A stretch of DNA of 48,301 nt from a bacterium (GCA_043807885.1 JAZDFN010000019.1:1-48301), one strand, 5' to 3'. Counted from the first letter of the stretch, positions 17,487 to 25,640 are shown. Numbers and translations: made by a program. The notes: generated from the sequence alone by a model not told the origin.

Positions 17487-18803
17487 TTATAAATATTTTT
17501 TCACTTCCCACGGCGTGACTTCCAAACGCGCTTCGTCAATGTCGGTTTTGGCCGCCTGGATAATCGCCTGGAAAGCGTGTTTGCCTAAAAGATTTTTCAA
17601 TATTTCATCCTGTTTTAATTCTTCAATCGCTTCAATTAAATTAGCGGGCAGGGTTTTTATGCCTTTGCTGATTCTTTCTTCTTCAGTCAGTAAATAAACA
17701 TTTTCTTCAACCGCTAACGGCGGGGTGATTTTATTTTTCACGCCGTCCAAACCGCAGGCGAGCATGGCGGCAAAAGCCAGATAAGGATTAGCCAAAGGAT
17801 CCGGGCATCTTAATTCCAGCCGGGTGGCAGAATCGCGGCCTTGGCTGATTTTGGGAATCCGGATCAGGGCCGAGCGGTTGGTCTGGCCCCAGGAGATATT
17901 GACCGGCGCTTCATAGCCCGGCACCAGCCGTTTGTAGGAATTAACCGTGGGCGCGACAATGGCCGATAAAGCGCGGGCGTGCTTCAGTTGGCCAGCCAGA
18001 AAATTATAGGCCAATTCAGACAATTGGTATTTGTCATCAGCTTGGTAAAAAGCGTTGCGGTTGTCCTTAAAAAAGCTTTGGTGGACATGCATGCCCGAGC
18101 CGTTAATGCCCTGGAGGGGCTTGGGCATAAATGTGACTTTGAGCGATTCTGGGCCGGCATAGGCCTTGAGGGCGGATTTGAGCGTCAGGATATTATCCGC
18201 GCTTTTTAAGGCCTTATCATAGCGGATATCAATTTCATGCTGGCCTTCAGCCACTTCGTGATGGTAGCTTTCGCCTCTAATATCAAAAGCCCTTAAAGAA
18301 TCCATGACTTTCCGGCAGATGCGCGAGGCCCGGCTGGTGGGCGTATGGTCAAAATAGCTTTTGCGGTCATGGGGCACCAAGCAAGGCAGTTCGCTTCTTT
18401 CAAACAGGAAAAATTCCAGTTCCGCGGCCGTGTAGTATTCGTAGCCCAACTCGGTCACTTCCTTTAAGGTTTTTTTCAAAATAAACCGCGGGTCGCCGTC
18501 AAAGGGCAGGCCATTGGGCAGATAGATGTCACAGATGAGCCGGGCGGACTTGAATTCGGTGTTGGTCCAAGGCAGAACGGCAAAAGTTTCCAAATCCGGC
18601 TTGAGGAGCATGTCGCTTTCGCAGATGCGGGCGTGGCCTTCCACTGACGAGCCGTCATACCAAGCGCCGGATTCAACGATATCCCGGAAGCGGTGCGACT
18701 CCACTTCCACTACTTTGATGCGGCCGGTTAAGTCGGAAAATTGCAGGAGCAATACCTTGACGCCCTCCTGTTTGATTAGGTCCTCAATTTGTTCATAGGT
18801 CAT
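17487..18803 (-). CDS. glnA: Glutamine synthetase (type I, about 438 aa)
   Basis: MTYEQIEDLIKQEGVKVLLLQFSDLTGR..., FMPKPLQGINGSGMHVHQS, NSYKRLVPGYEAP, RLELRCPD. Start taken at ATG 18803, since the longer track ORF (to 19010) adds a non-homologous extension running into the divergent promoter region. Confidence 0.9.
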   Translation of the reverse strand: MTYEQIEDLIKQEGVKVLLLQFSDLTGRIKVVEVESHRFRDIVESGAWYDGSSVEGHARICESDMLLKPDLETFAVLPWTNTEFKSARLICDIYLPNGLPFDGDPRFILKKTLKEVTELGYEYYTAAELEFFLFERSELPCLVPHDRKSYFDHTPTSRASRICRKVMDSLRAFDIRGESYHHEVAEGQHEIDIRYDKALKSADNILTLKSALKAYAGPESLKVTFMPKPLQGINGSGMHVHQSFFKDNRNAFYQADDKYQLSELAYNFLAGQLKHARALSAIVAPTVNSYKRLVPGYEAPVNISWGQTNRSALIRIPKISQGRDSATRLELRCPDPLANPYLAFAAMLACGLDGVKNKITPPLAVEENVYLLTEEERISKGIKTLPANLIEAIEELKQDEILKNLLGKHAFQAIIQAAKTDIDEARLEVTPWEVKKYL

Positions 18804-18827
18804 AGGTTTGAGATTAATAATTAATAA

Positions 18828-18858
18828 ATAAAAAGCGAAAAGCCCCTTGGAGGGGTTT
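18828..18858 (-). promoter_or_regulatory. Terminator-like hairpin plus U-tract inside the glnA 5' leader (possible attenuator)
   Basis: Minus strand reads CCCCT-CCA-AGGGG followed by CTTTTCGCTTTTTATTT. Lies between the predicted promoter and ATG 18803. Confidence 0.35.
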
Positions 18859-18864
18859 TCTTTT

Positions 18865-18892
18865 ATTTTATCAGAAAGCTTAACCCGGGCAA
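18865..18892 (-). promoter_or_regulatory. Candidate glnA promoter with extended -10
   Basis: Minus strand TTGCCC (18892-18887), 16-nt spacer ending TGA, TAAAAT (18870-18865). Confidence 0.4.
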
Positions 18893-18995
18893 GAGGGGAG
18901 GTGTGGATAAATTGAAAGAAGTTTTTGGGAGATAATTTTTGAGCCGGGCTTTTTTTATTGACTTCCGCCCCATAGCGTGGGAAAATAAAAGGACC

Positions 18996-20339
18996 ATGAA
19001 TCAACAGCAAGCTTTGGAAATATTAAAACTGGGCCACAACGCCTATCTCACCGGCCCGGCCGGTAGCGGGAAGACGTATCTATTAAATCAATACATTGCC
19101 TTTTTAAAGAACAAAAATGTCAATGTGGGCGTCACCGCTTCCACTGGCATTGCCGCCACCCACATGAACGGCCGGACCATCCATTCCTGGAGCGGATTGG
19201 GCATCAAAGATCAATTGCGCAAAAAAGACATCGAGGACATGTTAAAAAAATCATATTTGGTCAGCCGGTTAAGAAGCGCCGGGGTTTTGATCATTGACGA
19301 GATTTCCATGTTCCATAATTTCCATTTGGACATGGTTGACGAGATTTGCCGGTCTTTAAGGGGATTGGACCTGCCTTTCGGCGGATTACAGGTAATCCTT
19401 TGCGGGGATTTCTTCCAATTGCCCCCGGTCAACCGGAACGGCTCGGGTTCGGATTTTGTCGTTAATTCGCAAGCGTGGCAAGAGATGGATATTAAAATTT
19501 GTTATTTAGACCAGCAGTTTAGGCAGGCGGACGCCGAGTTTCTGAAATTGTTGACTGAAATCAGGCAAAACCAAATCAGCGAGGAGTGCTTGAACAATCT
19601 GCTGACTAGGATTAAAGAGCCGGTTGACGGTCCGCTCACGCCCACCAAGCTTTACACCCACAATGCGGATGTGGACGCGGTCAACAATCTGGAATTGGCC
19701 ATGATTAAAAATGATCCAATGACTTATGAAATGACTTCCCGGGGCAACAAAAATTTGGTCAGGATTTTAAAAGACAGCTGTCTGGCGCCCCAAACTTTGA
19801 TATTGAAAGAAGGCGCTTTGGTGATGTTTGTGCAGAATAATTTTGAAAAGGGCTATGTCAACGGCACCTTGGGCAAAATTATCGGTTTTGATAACAGTAA
19901 TCTGCCAATTGTGGAAACCAAGTCAGGGGACCGGATAACGGCCAGCCCGGGTATTTGGACCATAGAAGAAGGGGGATCAATGATTGCCAAAATCAGCCAG
20001 ATCCCTTTAAGATTGGCTTGGGCCATTACCGTCCACAAGAGTCAGGGCATGAGTTTGGATTCAGCCGAGATTGATTTGAGCAAAGCATTTGCCCTAGGCA
20101 TGGGCTACGTGGCGCTTTCGCGCGTCAGGACTTTGGAGGGCATAAAACTGTTGGGTATTAATGATATGGCCTTAAAGGTTGATCCGGCCATCGTAGAGCT
20201 GGACCAGGAATTCAGCCGGCAGTCCCAAACGCTCGCCGAGCAGTTGGGCAAAATGAAGGCAAAAGCAAAGAAACAGAAGCAGGAAGAGTTTTTGAAGAGG
20301 GCAAGGTTAAGTATTAGGGGGAGGGGGTTTTTGGGGTAG
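18996..20339 (+). CDS. PIF1/RecD-like SF1B ATP-dependent DNA helicase
   Basis: Walker A GPAGSGKTYLL, Walker B VLIIDEISM, ILCGDFFQLPPV, C-terminal ITVHKSQGMSLD and ALSRV motifs. Start at ATG 18996 (AAAGGA 6 nt upstream). Confidence 0.85.
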   Translation: MNQQQALEILKLGHNAYLTGPAGSGKTYLLNQYIAFLKNKNVNVGVTASTGIAATHMNGRTIHSWSGLGIKDQLRKKDIEDMLKKSYLVSRLRSAGVLIIDEISMFHNFHLDMVDEICRSLRGLDLPFGGLQVILCGDFFQLPPVNRNGSGSDFVVNSQAWQEMDIKICYLDQQFRQADAEFLKLLTEIRQNQISEECLNNLLTRIKEPVDGPLTPTKLYTHNADVDAVNNLELAMIKNDPMTYEMTSRGNKNLVRILKDSCLAPQTLILKEGALVMFVQNNFEKGYVNGTLGKIIGFDNSNLPIVETKSGDRITASPGIWTIEEGGSMIAKISQIPLRLAWAITVHKSQGMSLDSAEIDLSKAFALGMGYVALSRVRTLEGIKLLGINDMALKVDPAIVELDQEFSRQSQTLAEQLGKMKAKAKKQKQEEFLKRARLSIRGRGFLG

Positions 20340-20413
20340 GGTTTGGTTGACTTTTTTAGGGAAAAGTAGGAAGATTGAGGCAGATAAAATATCTTCAAAT
20401 ATATAATTATTAA

Positions 20414-20608
20414 CAAAATGCCTATGAAAATGAACAAGATCATTATGTGGCCGGGCCGGAATTGTTGGCGGAATGCCGAACCCTGGGCGGCTGCCAAAAA
20501 GGCGAAGCTAAAATAACCAAGGGCTATAATCTCCCCGCCAAGTATGTTATCCATACGGTCGGCCCGATTTATGGCCATGAAAACGGCCAGGAAGACAATA
20601 TATATTGA
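20414..20608 (+). pseudogene. Relic of a macro-domain (ADP-ribose/O-acetyl-ADP-ribose hydrolase) gene
   Basis: Frame 2 reads ...[55 protein letters not shown], the conserved central macro-domain block. No in-frame start: a stop lies at 20411-20413 and there is no ATG. N- and C-terminal parts are missing. Confidence 0.7.
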
Positions 20609-20661
20609 CACCAAAAATAGCTGTGATATTATTAAATTAACCGTTTCAGTTTTTCTACAAT

Positions 20662-21324
20662 ATGATAGAAAAATTGAAACGAATAATTCCTATTAATATG
20701 GCCAAAAAATTACAAAGTATAGCTGTGGAAGAAAAACTTAAAACCTTGGGGCTGGCAGTGTTCACGCCTCGGGAATTTCAAGGCGTTTTTGATGTGCCCA
20801 AAAAAACCGCTTCCATGTTTATTCTAAACAACGTGAAAAGCGGCTTGTTTATAAAATTGCGCAACAACTTTTATGCGATTAAGGATAGCAACCCCGACTA
20901 TTCTTTTATCGCCAACAAATTATATCAACCTTCATATATATCGCTGGAAACCGCCTTATCGCATTATAATATTATTCCCGAAGTAGTATATGGCACCACT
21001 TCCATTACCACCAAAGCGCCTCGGGAATTCAAAACGCCGATAGGTAATTTCACCTACCAACACATTAAAACAGAAGCCTTTACCGGCTATCAATTGCAGG
21101 AAATTGATAGATATAAAGCACTGTTTGCGGAGCCGGAAAAAGCCCTGGCTGATTATTTATATTTTGTTGACCTTAAGAAAGTATCGCTTAACGATCGCTT
21201 AAAATTAAAGGGCGTTAATAGGATAAAATTGGTTGAATACGCCAAACTATTTAAACGGCCAAGCATGTTAAAACTGATTAATCAAATCTATGCTGACTCG
21301 CGCCAACCTCGAACAATTTACTAA
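20662..21324 (+). CDS. abiEi: AbiEi-family antitoxin/transcriptional regulator (type IV TA)
   Basis: wHTH-like N-terminus, conserved YISLETALSHYNIIPE block, overlaps the downstream AbiEii gene by 35 nt. Confidence 0.7.
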   Translation: MIEKLKRIIPINMAKKLQSIAVEEKLKTLGLAVFTPREFQGVFDVPKKTASMFILNNVKSGLFIKLRNNFYAIKDSNPDYSFIANKLYQPSYISLETALSHYNIIPEVVYGTTSITTKAPREFKTPIGNFTYQHIKTEAFTGYQLQEIDRYKALFAEPEKALADYLYFVDLKKVSLNDRLKLKGVNRIKLVEYAKLFKRPSMLKLINQIYADSRQPRTIY

Positions 21325-22024
21325 GCAGTCTCAGGCTAAGCTTGAGAATATTGTCAGGGAATACTGCCAACATTTGTTTTTGGCATATCTTTATCAACAG
21401 CCGGGCTCCGAGCATCTGCTGTTCAAAGGCGGTACGGCTTTGCGAATTATTTTCCATAGCTCTCGCTATTCAGAGGATTTGGATTTTACCGGGGTTAATA
21501 TAACCCAAAGGGAAGTGGAAGAAATTTTTACCAATACACTTGCTGCTTTAGAAAAAACCGGCGTTGGCGTTGAGCTGGAGGAAGGCAAGCCGACCACTGG
21601 AGGATATTTAGGCATTGTAGTTTTTCAAACATATGGAAAAAATATCCATATTCAAATTGAAGTTTCTTTAAGAAATGGCAAAAAAGCGAAAGGTATAAGC
21701 AAGCTAATTGAAAATGATTATATCCCCGCCTATACTCTTATTCACTTGGCAGAAGAAGAAATTATCAAAAGTAAGATTCAAGCTCTAATCAACCGCTATA
21801 AACCCAGAGATTTTTATGATTATTTTTTTCTACTCTCTGGCAATTTTCCGATTGTGAAAGAAAAAGAAAATCTAGCCAAAACTCTTAAATTATTACGAAG
21901 CTCAAAAATTGATTTTCGACGCGAACTTAGAGAATTTTTGCCGGCGGGCCACCTTATGCATCTGCGTAATTTCCCAAAGTTATTGGAGGAAAAAATTTTA
22001 AATTTTTTGGGTAAAGCGCGCTAA
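21290..22024 (+). CDS. abiEii: AbiEii/AbiGii-family nucleotidyltransferase toxin (DUF1814)
   Basis: LLFKGGTALRIIFHSSRYSEDLDFT matches the AbiEii NTase core motif (GGTAL...R.S.DLDF). C-terminal RDFYDYFFL block. Confidence 0.8.
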   Translation: MLTRANLEQFTKQSQAKLENIVREYCQHLFLAYLYQQPGSEHLLFKGGTALRIIFHSSRYSEDLDFTGVNITQREVEEIFTNTLAALEKTGVGVELEEGKPTTGGYLGIVVFQTYGKNIHIQIEVSLRNGKKAKGISKLIENDYIPAYTLIHLAEEEIIKSKIQALINRYKPRDFYDYFFLLSGNFPIVKEKENLAKTLKLLRSSKIDFRRELREFLPAGHLMHLRNFPKLLEEKILNFLGKAR

Positions 22025-22120
22025 AGAAATTTCAAACGGACAAGCAATCAGCCAATGGAGATTTTGGAAGTTAGGTATTAATTTTATAATTAAATAAATT
22101 ATTCATAACCATAAAATACC

Positions 22121-23059
22121 ATGAAGCCAATAATCAAAGAGGCAAAAAGGGGATGGCTGAACCTTACGATTTGGAGCCGGAATGTAGATAAAAAGATTTT
22201 AAAAATCTCTAAGCATTTCGGCATAACCTTCATTGTGATATTTATTATTACCGCCTCAGCGATTACCATTGGGAATGAAATAATGGATGTAGTGCTCGGC
22301 GACGAGTATGATTCTGAAGGTTCTTACGCCGACGAAAGTTATGGCGAAGAATCAAATTGCAATGTTTTGGGGATAAATATCCATGGCGATATAGCCACTT
22401 ATATTTCCAAAGAATATTATGATAAGGATGTAGATGGTTATTTGGTGGACCAGACCGCTTCGGAAGATGTTGTCTCTTACATCCAATCGGCGCAAACAGA
22501 TGAAGACATTAAAGCTATTTTTTTAGAGATTGATTCTACCGGTGGTTCTCCTACGGCCGGCGAAGAGATAGCTAATACCTTAAAACTAACAACCAAGCCC
22601 ACGGTGGTTATGATTAGGAACGCCGGGCTTTCCAGCGCCTATTATGCCGCTACTGGCGCGGATGTTATTTTCGCCTCGCAACATTCTGACGTGGGGAGCA
22701 TTGGCGTCACTTGGTCATATTTGGATTATGCTGAAAAAAATAAGAAAGAAGGGTCGACCTATAATCAAGTAAGTAGCGGGGTATTCAAAGATATGGGCGA
22801 TCCTGACAAGCCGTTAACGGCCGCCGAGAAAGAATTAGCCATGCGGGATATTAATATTATGAAAGAGAATTTTATCAAAGCCGTGGCGGAAAACAGAAAG
22901 TTGGATATTGAAAAGGTGAGGCGAATGGCCGACGGTTCAACCATGCTTGGCCAGATGGCTTTGGAAAACGGCTTGGTTGATAAAATCGGCGGAATCAATG
23001 AAGTTCAGGATTATCTCACAGAGACCATTGGCGAAGAGCCGGAGTTTTGCTGGCAGTAA
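22121..23059 (+). CDS. sppA: Signal peptide peptidase SppA (S49, 36K type)
   Basis: N-terminal TM, IFLEIDSTGGSPTAGEEI, GLSSAYYAATGAD (catalytic Ser region), GSIGV, C-terminal GLVDKIGG. Confidence 0.8.
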   Translation: MKPIIKEAKRGWLNLTIWSRNVDKKILKISKHFGITFIVIFIITASAITIGNEIMDVVLGDEYDSEGSYADESYGEESNCNVLGINIHGDIATYISKEYYDKDVDGYLVDQTASEDVVSYIQSAQTDEDIKAIFLEIDSTGGSPTAGEEIANTLKLTTKPTVVMIRNAGLSSAYYAATGADVIFASQHSDVGSIGVTWSYLDYAEKNKKEGSTYNQVSSGVFKDMGDPDKPLTAAEKELAMRDINIMKENFIKAVAENRKLDIEKVRRMADGSTMLGQMALENGLVDKIGGINEVQDYLTETIGEEPEFCWQ

Positions 23060-23085
23060 ACATAAATAAAGTCATTATAACTTTT

Positions 23086-23469
23086 ATGCCCTACCTCGGC
23101 GTTATCATTGAAGAAAGCTTAAAAGACAAAAACATCCTAAAAGATGTCAAAGTTTTAAGTACTAAAATAGAGGAAGCCGGGGCTGAAGAGGGGACGCCTA
23201 ACCTTGCCCATTGGACCATGCATACTGTTGAAATCCCTGAAGGTGAAGAAGAGGCGATTGCTCAAAAACTCAGCCAGTCGTTATATGCCAATAATAACGG
23301 CCATTGGTATGCCGACTACAAAAACGCCACTCATCACTATATCATCTTTCCCGGCAAAATATTCTACATTGACCGGGCCAAAAAGGAAGAATATGACGAA
23401 GCGACCAAATACGGCATCTCTGTAGGCGTTCCGGCGCATCAATTGGGTTTTTCTCTGGAAGTAATTTAA
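23086..23469 (+). CDS. Hypothetical protein (127 aa)
   Basis: ATG 23086 (MPYLGVIIEESLKD...). The track start 23047 is a TTG overlapping sppA. Contains YKNATHHYIIFPGK, whose coding sequence is repeated at 24626-24663. Confidence 0.6.
   Translation: MPYLGVIIEESLKDKNILKDVKVLSTKIEEAGAEEGTPNLAHWTMHTVEIPEGEEEAIAQKLSQSLYANNNGHWYADYKNATHHYIIFPGKIFYIDRAKKEEYDEATKYGISVGVPAHQLGFSLEVI
23323..23360 (+). repeat. Left copy of a 38-bp direct repeat bracketing the MerR-GHKL/STAS cassette
   Basis: AACGCCACTCATCACTATATCATCTTTCCCGGCAAAAT versus AACGCCACCCACCACTATATCATCTTCCCCGGCAAAAT at 24626-24663. 35 of 38 identical; all 3 differences are synonymous third-codon positions. Confidence 0.85.
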
Positions 23470-23500
23470 GAAATCAAAAAATCGGCTGTAAGTGAGAGGA

Positions 23501-23569
23501 GTAGAAAATGAGTAGATTCGTGTATTTTTGGGTAGATTTGACATATACTTGTGTAGATTTGGATAGTAT
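23501..23569 (+). promoter_or_regulatory. Phased GTAGATT(TG) direct repeats overlapping a long-spacer promoter upstream of the MerR-family gene
   Basis: GTAGAAA 23501, GTAGATT 23512, GTAGATTTG 23532 and GTAGATTTG 23553 (20-21 bp phasing). TTGACA 23538-23543, 20-nt spacer, TAGTAT 23564-23569. Confidence 0.45.
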
Positions 23570-23583
23570 GATACCATTAATAT

Positions 23584-24303
23584 ATGGAAGAAAAATTGCT
23601 AACAATCAGCCAAGCGGCTGAATATTTGGGTATTTCTATAAATACGCTTCGCCGTTGGGATGAAAGCGGTAAGTTAACCGCGATCAAAAAAGATGGCGGC
23701 ACGCACAGATATTACCAAGAAAAGGATTTAGAGATCTTTGCCAGTGATTTAATGAAGTTTGCTTCCGAATGGATTGAGGATGGCGTGGAGTTCCCAGGCA
23801 CATTCTATTGCCCGACCAGCTCGATTTTTAACGCCAGATTGACAAAGATGGAGTATGCTTTGATGCAAAAGCCGGGGTTTGAAAAACTATACTCCCTGAT
23901 CGTTTTAATTGCCGGGGAAATCGGCGATAATTCATTCGCTCATAATTTAGGGAAATGGCCGGATACGGCAGGAATTTTCTTTGGCTACGATCTGGCCAAA
24001 GGCATTATCGTGCTGGCTGATAGAGGACTGGGTATTTTAGAAACGTTACGCCAAATTCGTCCGGAACTTCCGAACCATGTTACGGCCGTAACGGTTGCTT
24101 TTACTGAATTTATTTCCGGCCGGGCGCCGGAAAAACGCGGGAATGGCCTTAAGTTGGTCCGTGAAGTGGTTATTGACCAGCCGATTGATTTATTTTATAC
24201 CAGTGGCGATGCCGAAGTGCGCATGAAGGGCCAGAATAAGATATTTCAGGTTACGCGCGGCCAGCGTATTGTGCGAGGATGCTTGGCAAAAATAGAATTT
24301 TAA
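23584..24303 (+). CDS. Fusion protein: N-terminal MerR-type HTH plus C-terminal RsbW/SpoIIAB-like GHKL ATPase/kinase domain
   Basis: LTISQAAEYLGISINTLRRWDESGKL (MerR HTH). GHKL N-box EIGDNSFAH, G1 box DRGLG, G2 box GNGLKL. Confidence 0.7.
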   Translation: MEEKLLTISQAAEYLGISINTLRRWDESGKLTAIKKDGGTHRYYQEKDLEIFASDLMKFASEWIEDGVEFPGTFYCPTSSIFNARLTKMEYALMQKPGFEKLYSLIVLIAGEIGDNSFAHNLGKWPDTAGIFFGYDLAKGIIVLADRGLGILETLRQIRPELPNHVTAVTVAFTEFISGRAPEKRGNGLKLVREVVIDQPIDLFYTSGDAEVRMKGQNKIFQVTRGQRIVRGCLAKIEF

Positions 24304-24324
24304 TAAATTTTAATAGGTAAATAT

Positions 24325-24618
24325 ATGAAATTACAGCTGGAAAAATTTGGTAAAACATTAATATCGCGGGAATTGGGCAGTGAAGCCCTTAAGGCATTTC
24401 AGCCGACTCTGCGAGAGCTTTCAAAAGACGAAGAACTGGAAATAGATTTTTCCGGAGTATTGACATTGTCGCCTTCTTGGGCTGATGAATTTTTAAGCCC
24501 GCTGTTAAATCAATTGGGCGATCGCTTGGTGCTTTTGCCAAGTGATAATCTTTCAGTAGGCGCAACAATTAGGATTCTTCAGGAGGCCAATAAACAATCA
24601 TTTGGGATTAGGGCCTGA
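24325..24618 (+). CDS. STAS-like small protein (DUF4325-like), probable partner of the upstream GHKL protein
   Basis: 97 aa: LISRELGSEALKAFQPTLRELSKDEELEIDFSGVLTLSPSWADEFLSPLL, as recalled for DUF4325/STAS-like proteins. Confidence 0.6.
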   Translation: MKLQLEKFGKTLISRELGSEALKAFQPTLRELSKDEELEIDFSGVLTLSPSWADEFLSPLLNQLGDRLVLLPSDNLSVGATIRILQEANKQSFGIRA

Positions 24619-24669
24619 TTTCTACAACGCCACCCACCACTATATCATCTTCCCCGGCAAAATGATTTA
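24614..24669 (+). pseudogene. Short relic of a paralogue of the 23086 gene (carries the right copy of the 38-bp repeat)
   Basis: Reads PDFYNATHHYIIFPGKMI*, compared with ADYKNATHHYIIFPGKIFY in the intact gene. Begins at the STAS gene stop. Confidence 0.7.
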
Positions 24670-24680
24670 AGAAGTTCTAA

Positions 24681-24705
24681 AGATCGCCTCCCTGGCGATT
24701 TTTTG
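24681..24705 (+). terminator. Intrinsic terminator
   Basis: ATCGCC-TCCCT-GGCGAT stem-loop followed by TTTTTT. The same ATCGCC/GGCGAT stem is used at 39469-39486. Confidence 0.65.
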
Positions 24706-24712
24706 ATATAAT
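24704..24712 (+). promoter_or_regulatory. Extended -10 element TGATATAAT upstream of the 24783 gene
   Basis: TG 24704-24705, TATAAT 24707-24712, about 70 nt upstream of ATG 24783. Confidence 0.4.
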
Positions 24713-24782
24713 GAAAACAATAAAACAAAAACCCTGGTCCCGATAAATTGAAATGGTGGCGTTGGCAAGATAAAAAATAATT

Positions 24783-25490
24783 ATGAATGCGATTATCAAA
24801 AAAATCCGAAAGGAACTAAAGCAAAACAGCGATCCACACACTAAAGCCACGTGGCCGAGGTTTTTTAAGGAAAAAGTGAAAATCCATGGCGTCAAAACCC
24901 CTCTGGTCATTAAGGCCGGCCGGGCGTTCAATCGGGAAATTATGGCCATGGACAAAAAAGCGGTCTTCGCCCTATGTGAAGAGCTGTGGCAGTCGGGCTA
25001 TATGGAAGAGTCGTTTATCGCTTGCCATTGGTCGTACCTTATCCGTAAAAAATATCAACCGGCGGATTTCAAGGTATTTGAAAAGTGGGTGGCTGATTAT
25101 GTCACCAACTGGGCGTCATGCGATAATTTTTGCAACCATACTGTCGGCGCGTTTGTCGAAAAGTATCCCAATTATTTGAAAAATTTCAAACAATGGGCCA
25201 AGTCCAAAAATCGCTGGATGCGCCGGGCTTCGGCCGTAACCCTGATAGTCCCGGCCCGGCAGGGGAAATTTTTAAAAGATATTTTCAAAATCGCCGATAT
25301 TCTGCTCTTGGACCGCGATGACTTGGTGCAAAAAGGCTATGGCTGGATGCTTAAAGTCGCCAGCGAGGCGCATCAAAAAGAAGTCTTTGGCTATGTCATG
25401 AAAAACAAAGACCAAATGCCCCGGACAGCGCTCCGTTACGCGATAGAGAAAATGCCCCCCGGTTTGAGGGCAAAAGCCATGAAAAAATAA
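24783..25490 (+). CDS. DNA alkylation repair protein (AlkD/AlkC-like HEAT-repeat family)
   Basis: N-terminal IKKIRKELKQNSDPHTKATWPRFFKEKVKIHGVKTP, ...NWASCDNFC..., SKNRWMRRASAVTL and GYGWMLK, as recalled for the DNA_alkylation family. Confidence 0.7.
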   Translation: MNAIIKKIRKELKQNSDPHTKATWPRFFKEKVKIHGVKTPLVIKAGRAFNREIMAMDKKAVFALCEELWQSGYMEESFIACHWSYLIRKKYQPADFKVFEKWVADYVTNWASCDNFCNHTVGAFVEKYPNYLKNFKQWAKSKNRWMRRASAVTLIVPARQGKFLKDIFKIADILLLDRDDLVQKGYGWMLKVASEAHQKEVFGYVMKNKDQMPRTALRYAIEKMPPGLRAKAMKK

Positions 25491-25570
25491 AATAATAAAT
25501 AAGAAACCTGGGTGGCCTTTGCCACAATTTTACAATTGACGATTACTTATTTGAACAGATAATATGGTTT

Positions 25571-25632
25571 TGTTAACCGCGTTTGACAAACAGGTTAACA
25601 TTTGTTAACCTTATAATATCTTAAGGTTAACA
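25571..25632. promoter_or_regulatory. Four copies of the 8-mer TGTTAACC/GGTTAACA (each containing palindromic GTTAAC) upstream of an HTH gene: probable operator array
   Basis: TGTTAACC 25571-25578, GGTTAACA 25593-25600, TGTTAACC 25603-25610, GGTTAACA 25625-25632. They flank TTGACA (25583-25588) and TATAAT (25612-25617). Confidence 0.55.
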
Positions 25633-25640
25633 ACGATTTT

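Noticed and set aside
20105-20614. 169-aa minus-strand ORF.
   Set aside because: It overlaps the 3' end of the helicase gene and is antisense to the macro-domain relic, whose conserved peptide is readable on the plus strand.
22064-22090. A promoter upstream of sppA (TTGGAA ... TATAAT).
   Set aside because: The spacer is only 15 nt. It cannot be ruled out as a promoter, but the support is too weak to list as a feature.
24677-24955. 92-aa minus-strand ORF across the start of the AlkD-like gene.
   Set aside because: It is antisense to a recognisable gene and spans a terminator and promoter on the plus strand. Its hydrophobic translation comes from an A/T-rich sequence.
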